Assembly (NCBI GenBank): GCA_026388015.1
Contig: JAPLKO010000053.1
Coordinates: forward strand, 7,352-71,351
Reading direction: 5' to 3'
DNA length: 64,000 nt
DNA from: Candidatus Firestoneibacteriota bacterium
Lineage (GTDB): Bacteria; Oederibacteriota; D2-FULL-39-29
Made by a program: the position numbers and the translations under genes. Numbering within the stretch: position 1 is the first letter of the stretch; each line of letters opens with the position of its first letter. Below are positions 19,900 through 29,080 of the stretch, piece after piece. Under the pieces are notes generated by a model. That model was given only the letters and a program-made list of their open reading frames with translations, did not search any database and was not told the DNA's origin.

Positions 19900-21651
19900 A
19901 TGTATAAAATGATAGAAGCTAAAATTAACGGTATCACCGTGGAAGTCAAAGAAGGGACGACAGTCATGGAGGCGGCCAAAAAAGTCCAGATTAAAATACC
20001 GACACTTTGCAAGCACCCGGACCTTCCGCCTTCCGCCGCCTGCGGTCTTTGTATCGTAAAGGTGAAAGGTTCCAATAAAATGCTTCGCGCCTGTTGTACT
20101 CCGCTTGAAGACAAGATGGAGATAACCACAAATGATCCGGATATTGTAGAGGTAAGAAAAACTGTTTTAGAGCTGATAATCTCGAATCATCCTAATGACT
20201 GTTTGAAATGCGGTCGTAACGGTAATTGCGAGCTTCAGAGTATGGCGGCAGATTTTGGTATTCGCGAAGATGTTTTTGGAAAGTTCCTCCGGGATATTCC
20301 TATAGATTCATCAACCGGTACTGTTGTTCTCGAGCCTTCAAAATGCATTCTTTGCGGACGCTGTATAGAAGTCTGTCAGAATATGCAGGATGTTTGGGCT
20401 CTCTCTTTTCTTGAGAGAGGACTTGATACCAGAATTTCCCCGGCCGGAGATATTAAACTTTCTGAATCTCCCTGTGTTAAGTGCGGCCAATGCTCAGCAC
20501 ATTGTCCTACCGGCGCAATATTTGAAAAAGATGATACACAGCTGGTCTGGGATGCGCTTAAGAATCAGGATAAATATTGTGTAATTCAGATAGCTCCCGC
20601 AGTCAGGGTGGCCATAGGCGAGGCGTTTGGTGCTACAGGCAAGAACCTTACAAAAAAGCTTTATGCTCTATTCAGAAGAATGGGATTTAAGGCGGTTTTT
20701 GATACCAACTTCGGTGCTGATGTTACAATTATGGAAGAAGCAAGCGAATTTGTAGAACGCTTTGTTCATAAAAAAAGCGAACTGCCTTTGATTACTTCCT
20801 GCTGTCCGGCGTGGGTTGACTTTATGGAAAAGTTTCATTCCGACATGATAAATCATTTCTCCACCTGCAAATCCCCGCACGAAATTGTTGGTACACTTTC
20901 TAAAACTTATTATGCGGAGAAGGCGGGGGTTGATCCGTCTAAGATTTATATGGCGTCTGTAATGCCCTGCACGGCAAAAAAATATGAGATTACCAGATCC
21001 GATGAGATGTTTGCTTCAGGTTATCAGGATATAGATGTTGCCATTACAACGCGCGAACTTGCGCGCATGATAAAACAGGCGGGAATAGATTTTATGAATC
21101 TGCCTGACGAAGAAGCGGACAGTTTGCTCGGTGATTATACCGGTGCAGGTGTTATCTTCGGCGCGACCGGCGGCGTTATGGAAGCAGCTCTTAGGACGGC
21201 GTACAATCTTGTTACAAAAAAAGAACTGGAAGATGTCAATTTTGTAAACACAAGAGGACTGGAGTTCATAAAGGAAGCAGAAATAGACATAGAAGGGACA
21301 AAAGTCAAGATTGCCGTTGCGCACGGACTTTCACATGTCGAAGAAGTTTTGGAAAGAGTGAGACAGGCAAAGAAGGAAGGAAAAGAAGTTCCTTATCACT
21401 TTATTGAGGTAATGGCTTGCCCCGGCGGTTGTGTCGGCGGCGGCGGTCAGCCCTATAATGTAACGGACAGTCTAAGATTAAAAAGAGCTTCTGCAATCTA
21501 CCAGGATGATAAAGAAAAAACAGTGCGCTGTTCGCATAATAATGTATATGTAAAAAAACTGTATAAAGATTTCCTGGGAAAACCACTCGGGGAGAAATCT
21601 CATAAGCTTTGTCACACCGAGTATAAGGCAAGACCGATTTACGTAAGATAA
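19900..21651 (+). CDS. hndD: [FeFe]-hydrogenase catalytic subunit, group A bifurcating/NAD(P)-linked type (HndD/HydA-like)
   Basis: H-cluster motifs TSCCPAWV, MPCTAKKYE and EVMACPGGCVGGGGQP. N-terminal [2Fe-2S] and [4Fe-4S] ferredoxin domains. Confidence 0.92.
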   Translation: MYKMIEAKINGITVEVKEGTTVMEAAKKVQIKIPTLCKHPDLPPSAACGLCIVKVKGSNKMLRACCTPLEDKMEITTNDPDIVEVRKTVLELIISNHPNDCLKCGRNGNCELQSMAADFGIREDVFGKFLRDIPIDSSTGTVVLEPSKCILCGRCIEVCQNMQDVWALSFLERGLDTRISPAGDIKLSESPCVKCGQCSAHCPTGAIFEKDDTQLVWDALKNQDKYCVIQIAPAVRVAIGEAFGATGKNLTKKLYALFRRMGFKAVFDTNFGADVTIMEEASEFVERFVHKKSELPLITSCCPAWVDFMEKFHSDMINHFSTCKSPHEIVGTLSKTYYAEKAGVDPSKIYMASVMPCTAKKYEITRSDEMFASGYQDIDVAITTRELARMIKQAGIDFMNLPDEEADSLLGDYTGAGVIFGATGGVMEAALRTAYNLVTKKELEDVNFVNTRGLEFIKEAEIDIEGTKVKIAVAHGLSHVEEVLERVRQAKKEGKEVPYHFIEVMACPGGCVGGGGQPYNVTDSLRLKRASAIYQDDKEKTVRCSHNNVYVKKLYKDFLGKPLGEKSHKLCHTEYKARPIYVR

Positions 21652-21655
21652 TAAA

Positions 21656-21704
21656 AAGGGCAAATTTATCGTGAATAATAGTGCACATAATTTGCCCTTT
21701 TTTG
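21656..21704 (+). terminator. Rho-independent terminator: 11-bp stem AAGGGCAAATT/AATTTGCCCTT with a large loop, then TTTTTTG
   Basis: Read directly after the hndD stop. Confidence 0.65.
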
Positions 21705-21871
21705 TTTATAGTGATAGAGTGACTATATATTGTGATACGACGCGCGCAACCATATAGTAAGTATTATTCTGTAATGCTTATTTTGGTTTGACAAATGCAG
21801 ATAAAACACCAAAAATACAATAATATTGACAGGTAAAAACAAATCCTATATAATGTGAAAGGTGGTACAAT

Positions 21872-22522
21872 ATGTCGGAATCTAAGAATTGTATATTAAG
21901 GCTTTGCAGATACAGACGGACCTTGAAAGATCTTAAAGAACTGGGATATGTGAAGATCTTTTCGGATAATCTCGGAGAAGCAACCGGTGTTACCGCCGCC
22001 CAGGTAAGGAAGGATTTTTCGCTCTTCGGTATTTCCGGAAATAAAAAGGGCGGCTATCTGATTGATAACCTTATCGAGAAGATAAATTCAATACTCGGCA
22101 AAGATGAAGTGCAGAAAGTTATCATGGTGGGTGCCGGAAATCTTGGCAGCGCTCTTGCCCGGTACCGAGGTTTTGAAAAAGAGGATATTGATATAGTTGC
22201 CGCGTTTGATGCCGATCCGGCCAAACAGGGTAAAATAAACAATATTCAGGTTTATCCGATAAAGGATGTTTTTGAATATGTCAGAAACAACAAGGTGCGA
22301 GTGGCTGTTCTTGCGGTTCCTGCAACAGTGGCTCAGGAAGTAAGCGAGATCCTTGTGTCCGCGGGAATAAAAGGAATTCTAAATTTTGCGCCGGTTACTT
22401 TGCGGGTGCCGGAAAGGATGGTAATAAATAACGTCAGTCTGGCTATAGAGCTGGAGAACGTTATCTACTATGTTAATGCTAGAGCGCGCGGCGAAAAACA
22501 AAAAAACGAGATTAACCCTTAA
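21872..22522 (+). CDS. rex: Redox-sensing transcriptional repressor Rex
   Basis: N-terminal winged helix (RLCRYRRTLKDLKELGYVKIFSDNLGEATGVTAAQVRKD) and a Rossmann fold VIMVGAGNLGSAL. A TTGACA-17-TATAAT promoter sits at about 21827-21855. Confidence 0.9.
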   Translation: MSESKNCILRLCRYRRTLKDLKELGYVKIFSDNLGEATGVTAAQVRKDFSLFGISGNKKGGYLIDNLIEKINSILGKDEVQKVIMVGAGNLGSALARYRGFEKEDIDIVAAFDADPAKQGKINNIQVYPIKDVFEYVRNNKVRVAVLAVPATVAQEVSEILVSAGIKGILNFAPVTLRVPERMVINNVSLAIELENVIYYVNARARGEKQKNEINP

Positions 22523-22642
22523 ACACCAAGACTCCCGTCTCTCTTTTTATTTTGTAAACATTCGCAGGTTTTCCTTCGGCAATTTCCTTTCAAATAAAAT
22601 AACTGTCAAATCAGATTTCATATTTTCAAAAGGAGCGTTACT

Positions 22643-25600
22643 ATGAACAGTCCGCTTGAAAAAGTAAAGGTACTGAAACAAAAAGCAATAAAGAGCAACA
22701 TTCCTAAATGGAACGCCGATATTCGGTTTAGTATTGGTATGTCCACCTGCGAAATAGCCGCAGGTTCAAAAAAAGTTTTAGCCGCCCTGCAGGAAGAGAT
22801 AAAGAAGAGAAAGCTTAAGGGTGTGTGTATAACGGAAAAAGGCTGCGCAGGCAGGTGTCATGTTGAACCTACGCTAGAAGTATTTGTTCCGGGAAGAAAA
22901 CCCGCAGAGTTTGAGAATGTCGATGAAAAGAAAGTAAAAAGGATTCTAGCGGAGTATGCTTACAAAAAAGTAAAGAGAAACAATAAAGTACTTCCTGCGC
23001 CTGCGGATTTTGGACATGAGTTTCTGACCGATCGTTCCGCCTATATTTTTGGAGATCTGGTAGAGTTCTCAAAACAAAAAAGAATGGCGCTAAGAAATTG
23101 CGGAGCGATAGATCCGGAATCAATCGATGATTATCTTTGTGTAAGAGGTTATGAAGCACTTGGAAAGGTGCTGACGGCTTACAAACCGGAGATGGTTGTA
23201 GAAGATATTATAAAATCAGGGCTCCGGGGTCGAGGGGGTGGGGGCTTTAAGACCGGCACAAAATGGGGCTTTGTTGCCGCACAGAATAATACTGTAAAAT
23301 ATGTTATCTGTAACGCCGACGAGGGTGATCCGGGCGCATTTATGGACCGGAGTATGATAGAGGGAGATCCGTTTAGCTTGTTAGAGGCTATGGCCATAGG
23401 CGGGTATGCGGTCGGGTCCAATGCGGGAATAGTTTATATACGCGCGGAATATCCTTTGGCAGTAAAGAGATTAAAAATTGCTATTGAAATCGCTAAGAAA
23501 AAGAACCTTCTCGGGAAAAATATTCTTGGAAGTGATTTTACCTTTGACGTAGATATCGTGCTTGGGGCAGGCGCTTTTGTTTGCGGTGAGGAAACAGCTC
23601 TTATCAATTCTATAGAAGGAAAGCGCGGAATGCCTATAACGAGACCGCCCTATCCTTCTGTAAAAGGTCTCTGGGGCCGTCCGACGCTTATTAACAATGT
23701 AGAAACCTGGGCAAATATTCCGTTAATCATACTTGACGGATGGGAATTTTTCTCTTCTGTCGGCACGGATAAATCGAGAGGAACCAAAGTATTTGCGCTT
23801 GCCGGAAAGATTAAGAACACCGGACTCGTGGAAGTTCCTATGGGTACGACTCTCGGAGAGGTTATCTTTGATATCGGCGGGGGCACTAAAACTGACGCAA
23901 AATTCAAAGCTGCGCAGACCGGCGGGCCTTCGGGAGGTTGTCTTCCCACCCAGTTTCTTAACACTCCTATAGATTATGATTCTCTTATCTCAGCAGGCTC
24001 TATTATGGGTTCCGGCGGACTTATTATTATGGATGAAAAAGATTGCATGGTGGATGTTGCAAAGTTCTTCCTGGAGTTTACCCAAGATGAGTCCTGCGGT
24101 AAGTGTACACCCTGCAGAGAAGGAACCAAAAGAATGCTCGAGATACTCGAAAGGATCACCGGCGGAAAAGGCGAAGAAGGCGATATAGAAAAACTTGAAA
24201 GACTCGGGAACAGCATAAAAAAAACTGCTTTATGCGGACTGGGGCAGACAGCGCCGAATCCGGTGCTTTCCACGATTAAATATTTTAGAAATGAGTATGA
24301 ATCCCACATAAGGGACAGAAAATGTAAATCCGCAGTTTGCGGCGAACTCTTTGTGTCGCCCTGTCAGCATACCTGTCCGGTAAACATAGATATTCCCGGC
24401 TTCATAGGAAATATCAGAGAAGACAGATTGAAGGACAGTATTGAATTGATCCTAAAAAGAAATCCTTTGCCTTCTGTTTGCGGCCGGGTTTGTCATCATC
24501 CGTGCGAAACAAACTGCAGAAGAGGGAAGATGGAAGAGCCTATCTCCATTATGATGTTGAAAAGATTTGCAGCGGATTACACTGCCGGAGATAAAGGTAT
24601 TGCGATAGAAAAATATAAGGGTAAAACCTTGAAGGCTTCCGTTGCAATAATCGGAAGCGGTCCGGCGGGTCTTTCTGCGGCGTATCACCTGGCAAAAAGA
24701 GGTTATCAGGTTACAGTTTATGAATCTGAAAAAGTAGCCGGCGGCATGCTTACTTTGGGTATTCCGGAGTACAGGTTGCCCAAAGATATAGTAGACCGGG
24801 ATATTAAACGTCTCATAAGCGCTGGTGTAAAAATAAAAACCGGCGTGCATTTTGGAAAGGATATATCTCTGAAAGATCTAAAGGATAAAGGCTTCCAGGC
24901 CGTCTTCCTTGCCATCGGTGCCTGGAAAGAAGTACCGCTTAAAATTCACGGTACGGATCTCTTTGGATTTATGGGTTCTCTTTCTTTCCTTAAAAACTAC
25001 AACACCGAAAAGATTGTGAAGATTAAAGGTGTCTACTCCATAGTAATAGACGAAGAACATAATATGCCGGTAACGGGCCAAAGGGTCGCAGTCATCGGAG
25101 GCGGAAATGCCGCTATGGATGTGGCGAGAACTTGTCTCCGTCTCGGTGCTTCCGAAGTTCATGTTGTATATAGAAGAGACCGCGCGGATATGCCAGCAAT
25201 TCCCGAGGAAGTTCACGAGTGTGAAAAAGAGGGCGCAAAACTGCATTTCCTTCTGATACCTAATAATATTAAAGGCAAATTCGGTAAGATTCAGGAGCTT
25301 GAATGCCTTCATACAAAACCGGGAGAGTTCGATGCTACCGGAAGAAGAAAACCGGTTCCTACGGAAGAGAAATTTGTTCTGCCCGTGGATATTATCATAA
25401 GCGCCATCGGCGGCAAACCCAACTGCGCCGAGCTTTCCAAGGATAAACTTATTATGACGGATTGGGATACGGTCTCTGTTGATAAAAGGACTCTGGCTAC
25501 GAATATCCCGTGGGTTTTTGCCGGAGGGGACGTTGTTACCGGAGGCGGTACGGTTATAGAGTCTGTGGCAGACGGTGAAAAGGCGGCAATTTCCATCGAT

Positions 25601-25849
25601 AGGTACCTTCAGGGAAAAAGAGGCGATGAACTTTTCAGAGACCGTTTTGTGGTTAAAGGGGAAAGAAAAGTCGTTTCGTATATTGATCCTGCAAAAGAAG
25701 TAAAAGAAAAAGCGAGAATAAAGCATGCTAAGCTCACTATGGAAAAACGTTTGCAGGCTTTCACAGAAGTAGAACTCGGCTATACAAAGAGCCAGGCTAT
25801 GGAAGAGTGTGACCGCTGCTTACGCTGCGATAAAAAGGAGGTTGAATAA
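22643..25849 (+). CDS. 1068-aa three-module fusion: HndB-like [2Fe-2S] domain, then NuoF-like FMN/NAD(H) module, then GltD/NfnB-like FAD/NAD(P)H module
   Basis: N-terminus GMSTCEIAAGSKKV. Middle GLRGRGGGGFKTG plus CGKCTPC. C-terminus has a GltD Fe-S region (CQHTCPVNIDIP...CHHPCETNC) and two dinucleotide folds (AIIGSGPAGLSAAY and VAVIGGGNAAMDVA). Confidence 0.85.
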   Translation: MNSPLEKVKVLKQKAIKSNIPKWNADIRFSIGMSTCEIAAGSKKVLAALQEEIKKRKLKGVCITEKGCAGRCHVEPTLEVFVPGRKPAEFENVDEKKVKRILAEYAYKKVKRNNKVLPAPADFGHEFLTDRSAYIFGDLVEFSKQKRMALRNCGAIDPESIDDYLCVRGYEALGKVLTAYKPEMVVEDIIKSGLRGRGGGGFKTGTKWGFVAAQNNTVKYVICNADEGDPGAFMDRSMIEGDPFSLLEAMAIGGYAVGSNAGIVYIRAEYPLAVKRLKIAIEIAKKKNLLGKNILGSDFTFDVDIVLGAGAFVCGEETALINSIEGKRGMPITRPPYPSVKGLWGRPTLINNVETWANIPLIILDGWEFFSSVGTDKSRGTKVFALAGKIKNTGLVEVPMGTTLGEVIFDIGGGTKTDAKFKAAQTGGPSGGCLPTQFLNTPIDYDSLISAGSIMGSGGLIIMDEKDCMVDVAKFFLEFTQDESCGKCTPCREGTKRMLEILERITGGKGEEGDIEKLERLGNSIKKTALCGLGQTAPNPVLSTIKYFRNEYESHIRDRKCKSAVCGELFVSPCQHTCPVNIDIPGFIGNIREDRLKDSIELILKRNPLPSVCGRVCHHPCETNCRRGKMEEPISIMMLKRFAADYTAGDKGIAIEKYKGKTLKASVAIIGSGPAGLSAAYHLAKRGYQVTVYESEKVAGGMLTLGIPEYRLPKDIVDRDIKRLISAGVKIKTGVHFGKDISLKDLKDKGFQAVFLAIGAWKEVPLKIHGTDLFGFMGSLSFLKNYNTEKIVKIKGVYSIVIDEEHNMPVTGQRVAVIGGGNAAMDVARTCLRLGASEVHVVYRRDRADMPAIPEEVHECEKEGAKLHFLLIPNNIKGKFGKIQELECLHTKPGEFDATGRRKPVPTEEKFVLPVDIIISAIGGKPNCAELSKDKLIMTDWDTVSVDKRTLATNIPWVFAGGDVVTGGGTVIESVADGEKAAISIDRYLQGKRGDELFRDRFVVKGERKVVSYIDPAKEVKEKARIKHAKLTMEKRLQAFTEVELGYTKSQAMEECDRCLRCDKKEVE

Positions 25850-25850
25850 C

Positions 25851-27638
25851 ATGGAAAAGAAAATGATTAACCTCATAATTGACGGAATAGCGGTTAAAGT
25901 ATCTGAAGATTCAACGGTTATGCAGGCTGCGGATTCGGTCGGTATTCATATTCCGAGACTTTGTTACCATCCGAGACTTTCAAGTGTCGGCGCCTGCCGG
26001 GTGTGCGTTGTTGAAGTAGACGGCGCAAAAAACTTTCCGGCATCCTGTGTTACCGCGGTATTTGAAGGGATGAAAGTAAAAACAAATACTCCCGCCATAA
26101 GGGAAGCAAGAAGGGATGTTGTTGAGTTAATCTTGGATAATCATCCGAAGGAATGTCAAATCTGCGAGCGGAACAACAATTGCGAACTGCAGCAGCTCGC
26201 AACCACCCTCGGGGTGGAGGATTATTTTTACGCCGGCGAAAGAAAACAGTTCCCGATAGACAGCTCTTCTTGTTCTATCGTGAGAGACCCTGATAAGTGT
26301 ATCCTTTGCGGAAAATGCGTAAGGGTTTGTTCCGAGATTCAGGGCGTCAATGCGCTTTCCATATCTGCGAGAGGCTATAAAACCAATGTAGGTCCCGCTT
26401 ATAATATGGATATGAAAGACAGCGTTTGCATTAACTGCGGACAGTGTACGCTGGTTTGTCCCACCGCAGCGCTTACGGAAAAAGACGGCATTAAGGAAAC
26501 GTTTAAAAATCTGAGTAATCCGGATAAAGTATGTATAGTTCAGATTGCCCCGGCGGTAAGAGTTGCAGTCGGCGAGGCGTTTGGTTTTGCTCCCGGTACG
26601 GATAAAACATACGAGATGGTGACAGCTCTCAGAATGATGGGTTTTAAAGTTGTTTTCGACACCCAGTTCTCGGCGGACCTTACCATAATAGAAGAAGGTC
26701 ACGAGTTCATAAAAAGACTTACAACAGGCGGAAAACTTCCGATGTTCACCTCCTGTTCTCCGGGGTGGATCAAGTATCTGGAAACGTTCCATCCTGAGTT
26801 TATTGAAAATGTGTCTACCTGCAAATCACCGCAACAGATGATGGGTGCGTTAATAAAGACTTTCTATGCAAAAAAAGTCGGAATTGATCCCGCAAAGATT
26901 TTCTCTGTTTCCATAATGCCTTGCACGGCAAAAAAATATGAGTGTGCAAGGCCGGAGATGAATTCGAGCGGCTTTAGAGATGTTGACGTAGTGCTCACGA
27001 CCAGAGAACTTGCGAAGATGATAAAACAAGCCGGAATAAAATTCACGGAATTGAAGAAGGGTGAGTTCGATGAACCCCTGGGTGAATCAACGGGTGCTGC
27101 TCCTATCTTTGGCGTTACCGGCGGAGTAATGGAAGCGGCCCTGCGTACTGCGTATGAAGTTATAACAAAAAAAGAGCTCCCTTCTATTGATTTTAAAGAT
27201 GTCAGAGGCTTAAACGGCATCAGGGAAGCGATAGTGGATGTGGCCGGCACTAAAGTAAGCGTTGCCGTGGTAAACGGTCTGGCGAATGTGCACAAGCTCC
27301 TGACGGAAATAAAAGAAGGAAAACGTAAATATCACTTTGTGGAAGTTATGACTTGCCCCGGAGGTTGTATCGGCGGCGGCGGGCAGATCTATCCTCAGGG
27401 AGATATTGAAGCGATGGATAAAAATCTTTACACTCAGCGGTCCGACGGGCTTTATGATATTGATGAAAAGAAAAAGCTCCGAAAGTCTCACGAGAATCCG
27501 CATATAACGGCTGTCTATAAAGAATTTTTACAGAAACCGCTTGGAGAGCTTTCACACAAATTACTTCATACGCATTATCACAAGGCCTGCCCGAAAGGCG
27601 TGCCGTCGGAAGTCAGAGATACCGTGAGCATCGGTTAA
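25851..27638 (+). CDS. Second [FeFe]-hydrogenase catalytic subunit, paralog of hndD. The start is at the internal ATG 25851; the ORF track starts at 25809, overlapping the upstream gene.
   Basis: H-cluster motifs TSCSPGWIKY, MPCTAKKYE and EVMTCPGGCIGGGGQ. A GGAGG RBS lies before 25851. Confidence 0.9.
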   Translation: MEKKMINLIIDGIAVKVSEDSTVMQAADSVGIHIPRLCYHPRLSSVGACRVCVVEVDGAKNFPASCVTAVFEGMKVKTNTPAIREARRDVVELILDNHPKECQICERNNNCELQQLATTLGVEDYFYAGERKQFPIDSSSCSIVRDPDKCILCGKCVRVCSEIQGVNALSISARGYKTNVGPAYNMDMKDSVCINCGQCTLVCPTAALTEKDGIKETFKNLSNPDKVCIVQIAPAVRVAVGEAFGFAPGTDKTYEMVTALRMMGFKVVFDTQFSADLTIIEEGHEFIKRLTTGGKLPMFTSCSPGWIKYLETFHPEFIENVSTCKSPQQMMGALIKTFYAKKVGIDPAKIFSVSIMPCTAKKYECARPEMNSSGFRDVDVVLTTRELAKMIKQAGIKFTELKKGEFDEPLGESTGAAPIFGVTGGVMEAALRTAYEVITKKELPSIDFKDVRGLNGIREAIVDVAGTKVSVAVVNGLANVHKLLTEIKEGKRKYHFVEVMTCPGGCIGGGGQIYPQGDIEAMDKNLYTQRSDGLYDIDEKKKLRKSHENPHITAVYKEFLQKPLGELSHKLLHTHYHKACPKGVPSEVRDTVSIG

Positions 27639-27653
27639 AGGAGGAAATAAAAA

Positions 27654-28184
27654 ATGAATACGTGTACCTGCGCTCCTGAATTAAAAGAAAAAGAAAAACA
27701 AGACGGTTTAAAAGAATTAAAAGATTTTATAAAAACCGGTAAACAGCTCCACGATAAACAGGGTGCGTTAATGAACGTGCTCCATAAGGTTCAGGAGATA
27801 TTCGGCTACATACCGAGAGAAGCTATGGATGTGGTCTCGGAAGAACTCTGTGTCCCTACAGCTCATATTTATGGGATGGCGACGTTCTATAACTTCTTCT
27901 CGCTTAAACCCAAAGCCAAGTACCAGATTTATGTCTGTAAAGGTACAGCCTGCTATGTGGCCGGGGGAGCCAGGCTTCTGGAACGTATCGAAGACGAGCT
28001 TAAGATAAAGCTTGGCGATGTTACTCCCGATGGGCTATTTGGCCTTGCTATTACAAGGTGTCTCGGCTGCTGCGGTCTTTCTCCCGTAGTTCAGGTAAAT
28101 GATGAAGTGTTTGTAAGACTTGTTCCGGAAAAGATCCCCGGTATTCTGGATAAGTTCAGAAAAATGGAAAAGAAAACGAAATAG
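27654..28184 (+). CDS. NuoE-like [2Fe-2S] subunit of the second hydrogenase complex
   Basis: CKGTACYVAGG...TRCLGCCGLSPV. Confidence 0.85.
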   Translation: MNTCTCAPELKEKEKQDGLKELKDFIKTGKQLHDKQGALMNVLHKVQEIFGYIPREAMDVVSEELCVPTAHIYGMATFYNFFSLKPKAKYQIYVCKGTACYVAGGARLLERIEDELKIKLGDVTPDGLFGLAITRCLGCCGLSPVVQVNDEVFVRLVPEKIPGILDKFRKMEKKTK

Positions 28185-28208
28185 GGCGGTAGGGTAAATG
28201 TTATTCCA

Positions 28209-28238
28209 GGGGCCGGCAAAAAACCGGCCCTTCTTTTT
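28209..28238 (+). terminator. Rho-independent terminator: GGGGCCGG-CAAAAAA-CCGGCCC then TTCTTTTT
   Basis: GC-rich hairpin plus U-run read directly after the operon. Confidence 0.8.
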
Positions 28239-28303
28239 AATGCTTCCTTTTTCATGTAAACCGTAAAAATCACACAAATATTTAATCTGTATGACATTTA
28301 TCA

Positions 28304-29080
28304 TTGAAAAACCGTTTGATAAGCATATATAATATAGTAATGAAGATGAATTTATCTGTAACCGAGAAAAAAATATACAAAAGGCAGATAATGCTTTTTG
28401 GAGAGAAAGGGCAGAAAAACCTTAAAAAATCAACTGTTTTTATAGTTGGTGCCGGAGGCCTTGGAAGCGCTGCTGCTTTTTACCTTGCCGGGGGCGGAGT
28501 CGGGAGAATCATAATTGTTGACTCCGATAAAGTGGAGCTTTCAAATCTCAACCGGCAGATACTGCATGGATTTAGAAGGGTAGGAAAAAACAAAGCGCTC
28601 TCGGCGCAAACTACACTTCGAGCCTTAAACGGTAATATTAAAATTGAGTCTGTCACAGAAAGAATAACGGCTGCAAATATTGATAAATACGCAGGCAAGG
28701 CGGATCTCCTTCTTGATTGTCTGGATAATTTTGAGACGAGGTTTGTACTTAACGAATACGCATTTAAAAATAAAAAGCCTCTTATTTTTGGAGCCATCTT
28801 CGGGTATTTTGGTCAAATTGCCTTTATAAGACCCGGAAAAAGTTTTTGTCTGGCTTGTCTCTTTGAAGGTTCACCGGCAAAAGGAGTTTTTCCGGTAGTA
28901 GGCGCAACCCCAGGTGTTATCGGTTCGCTTCAAGCTATGGAAGCGATAAAATATCTTTCGGGTGCCGGCAGTAATCTGAACAGCGAGCTTTTGACGTGGA
29001 ACGGGTTGAAGCAGGAGTTCCGTAAGGTAAAATTTAAAAGAAATTCACACTGCAAAGTATGCAGGAAGGAAAAAAAATGA
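28304..29080 (+). CDS. ThiF/MoeB/HesA-family E1-like adenylyltransferase. The true start is possibly the Met at about 28340-28346.
   Basis: Nucleotide-binding loop VFIVGAGGLGSAAAFYLAGGGVGRIIIVD. C-terminal CLAC...CKVC zinc motif. Confidence 0.8.
   Translation: MKNRLISIYNIVMKMNLSVTEKKIYKRQIMLFGEKGQKNLKKSTVFIVGAGGLGSAAAFYLAGGGVGRIIIVDSDKVELSNLNRQILHGFRRVGKNKALSAQTTLRALNGNIKIESVTERITAANIDKYAGKADLLLDCLDNFETRFVLNEYAFKNKKPLIFGAIFGYFGQIAFIRPGKSFCLACLFEGSPAKGVFPVVGATPGVIGSLQAMEAIKYLSGAGSNLNSELLTWNGLKQEFRKVKFKRNSHCKVCRKEKK

Noticed and set aside
22523-22642. Rex operator between rex and the second hydrogenase operon
   Set aside because: Only TTGTAAACATTCGCA-like partial matches were found, with no inverted repeat. 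Co-transcription with rex is more likely.
24878-25726. 282-aa minus-strand ORF inside the NuoF-GltD fusion gene
   Set aside because: Antisense to conserved dinucleotide-binding motifs of the + strand gene. No independent support.
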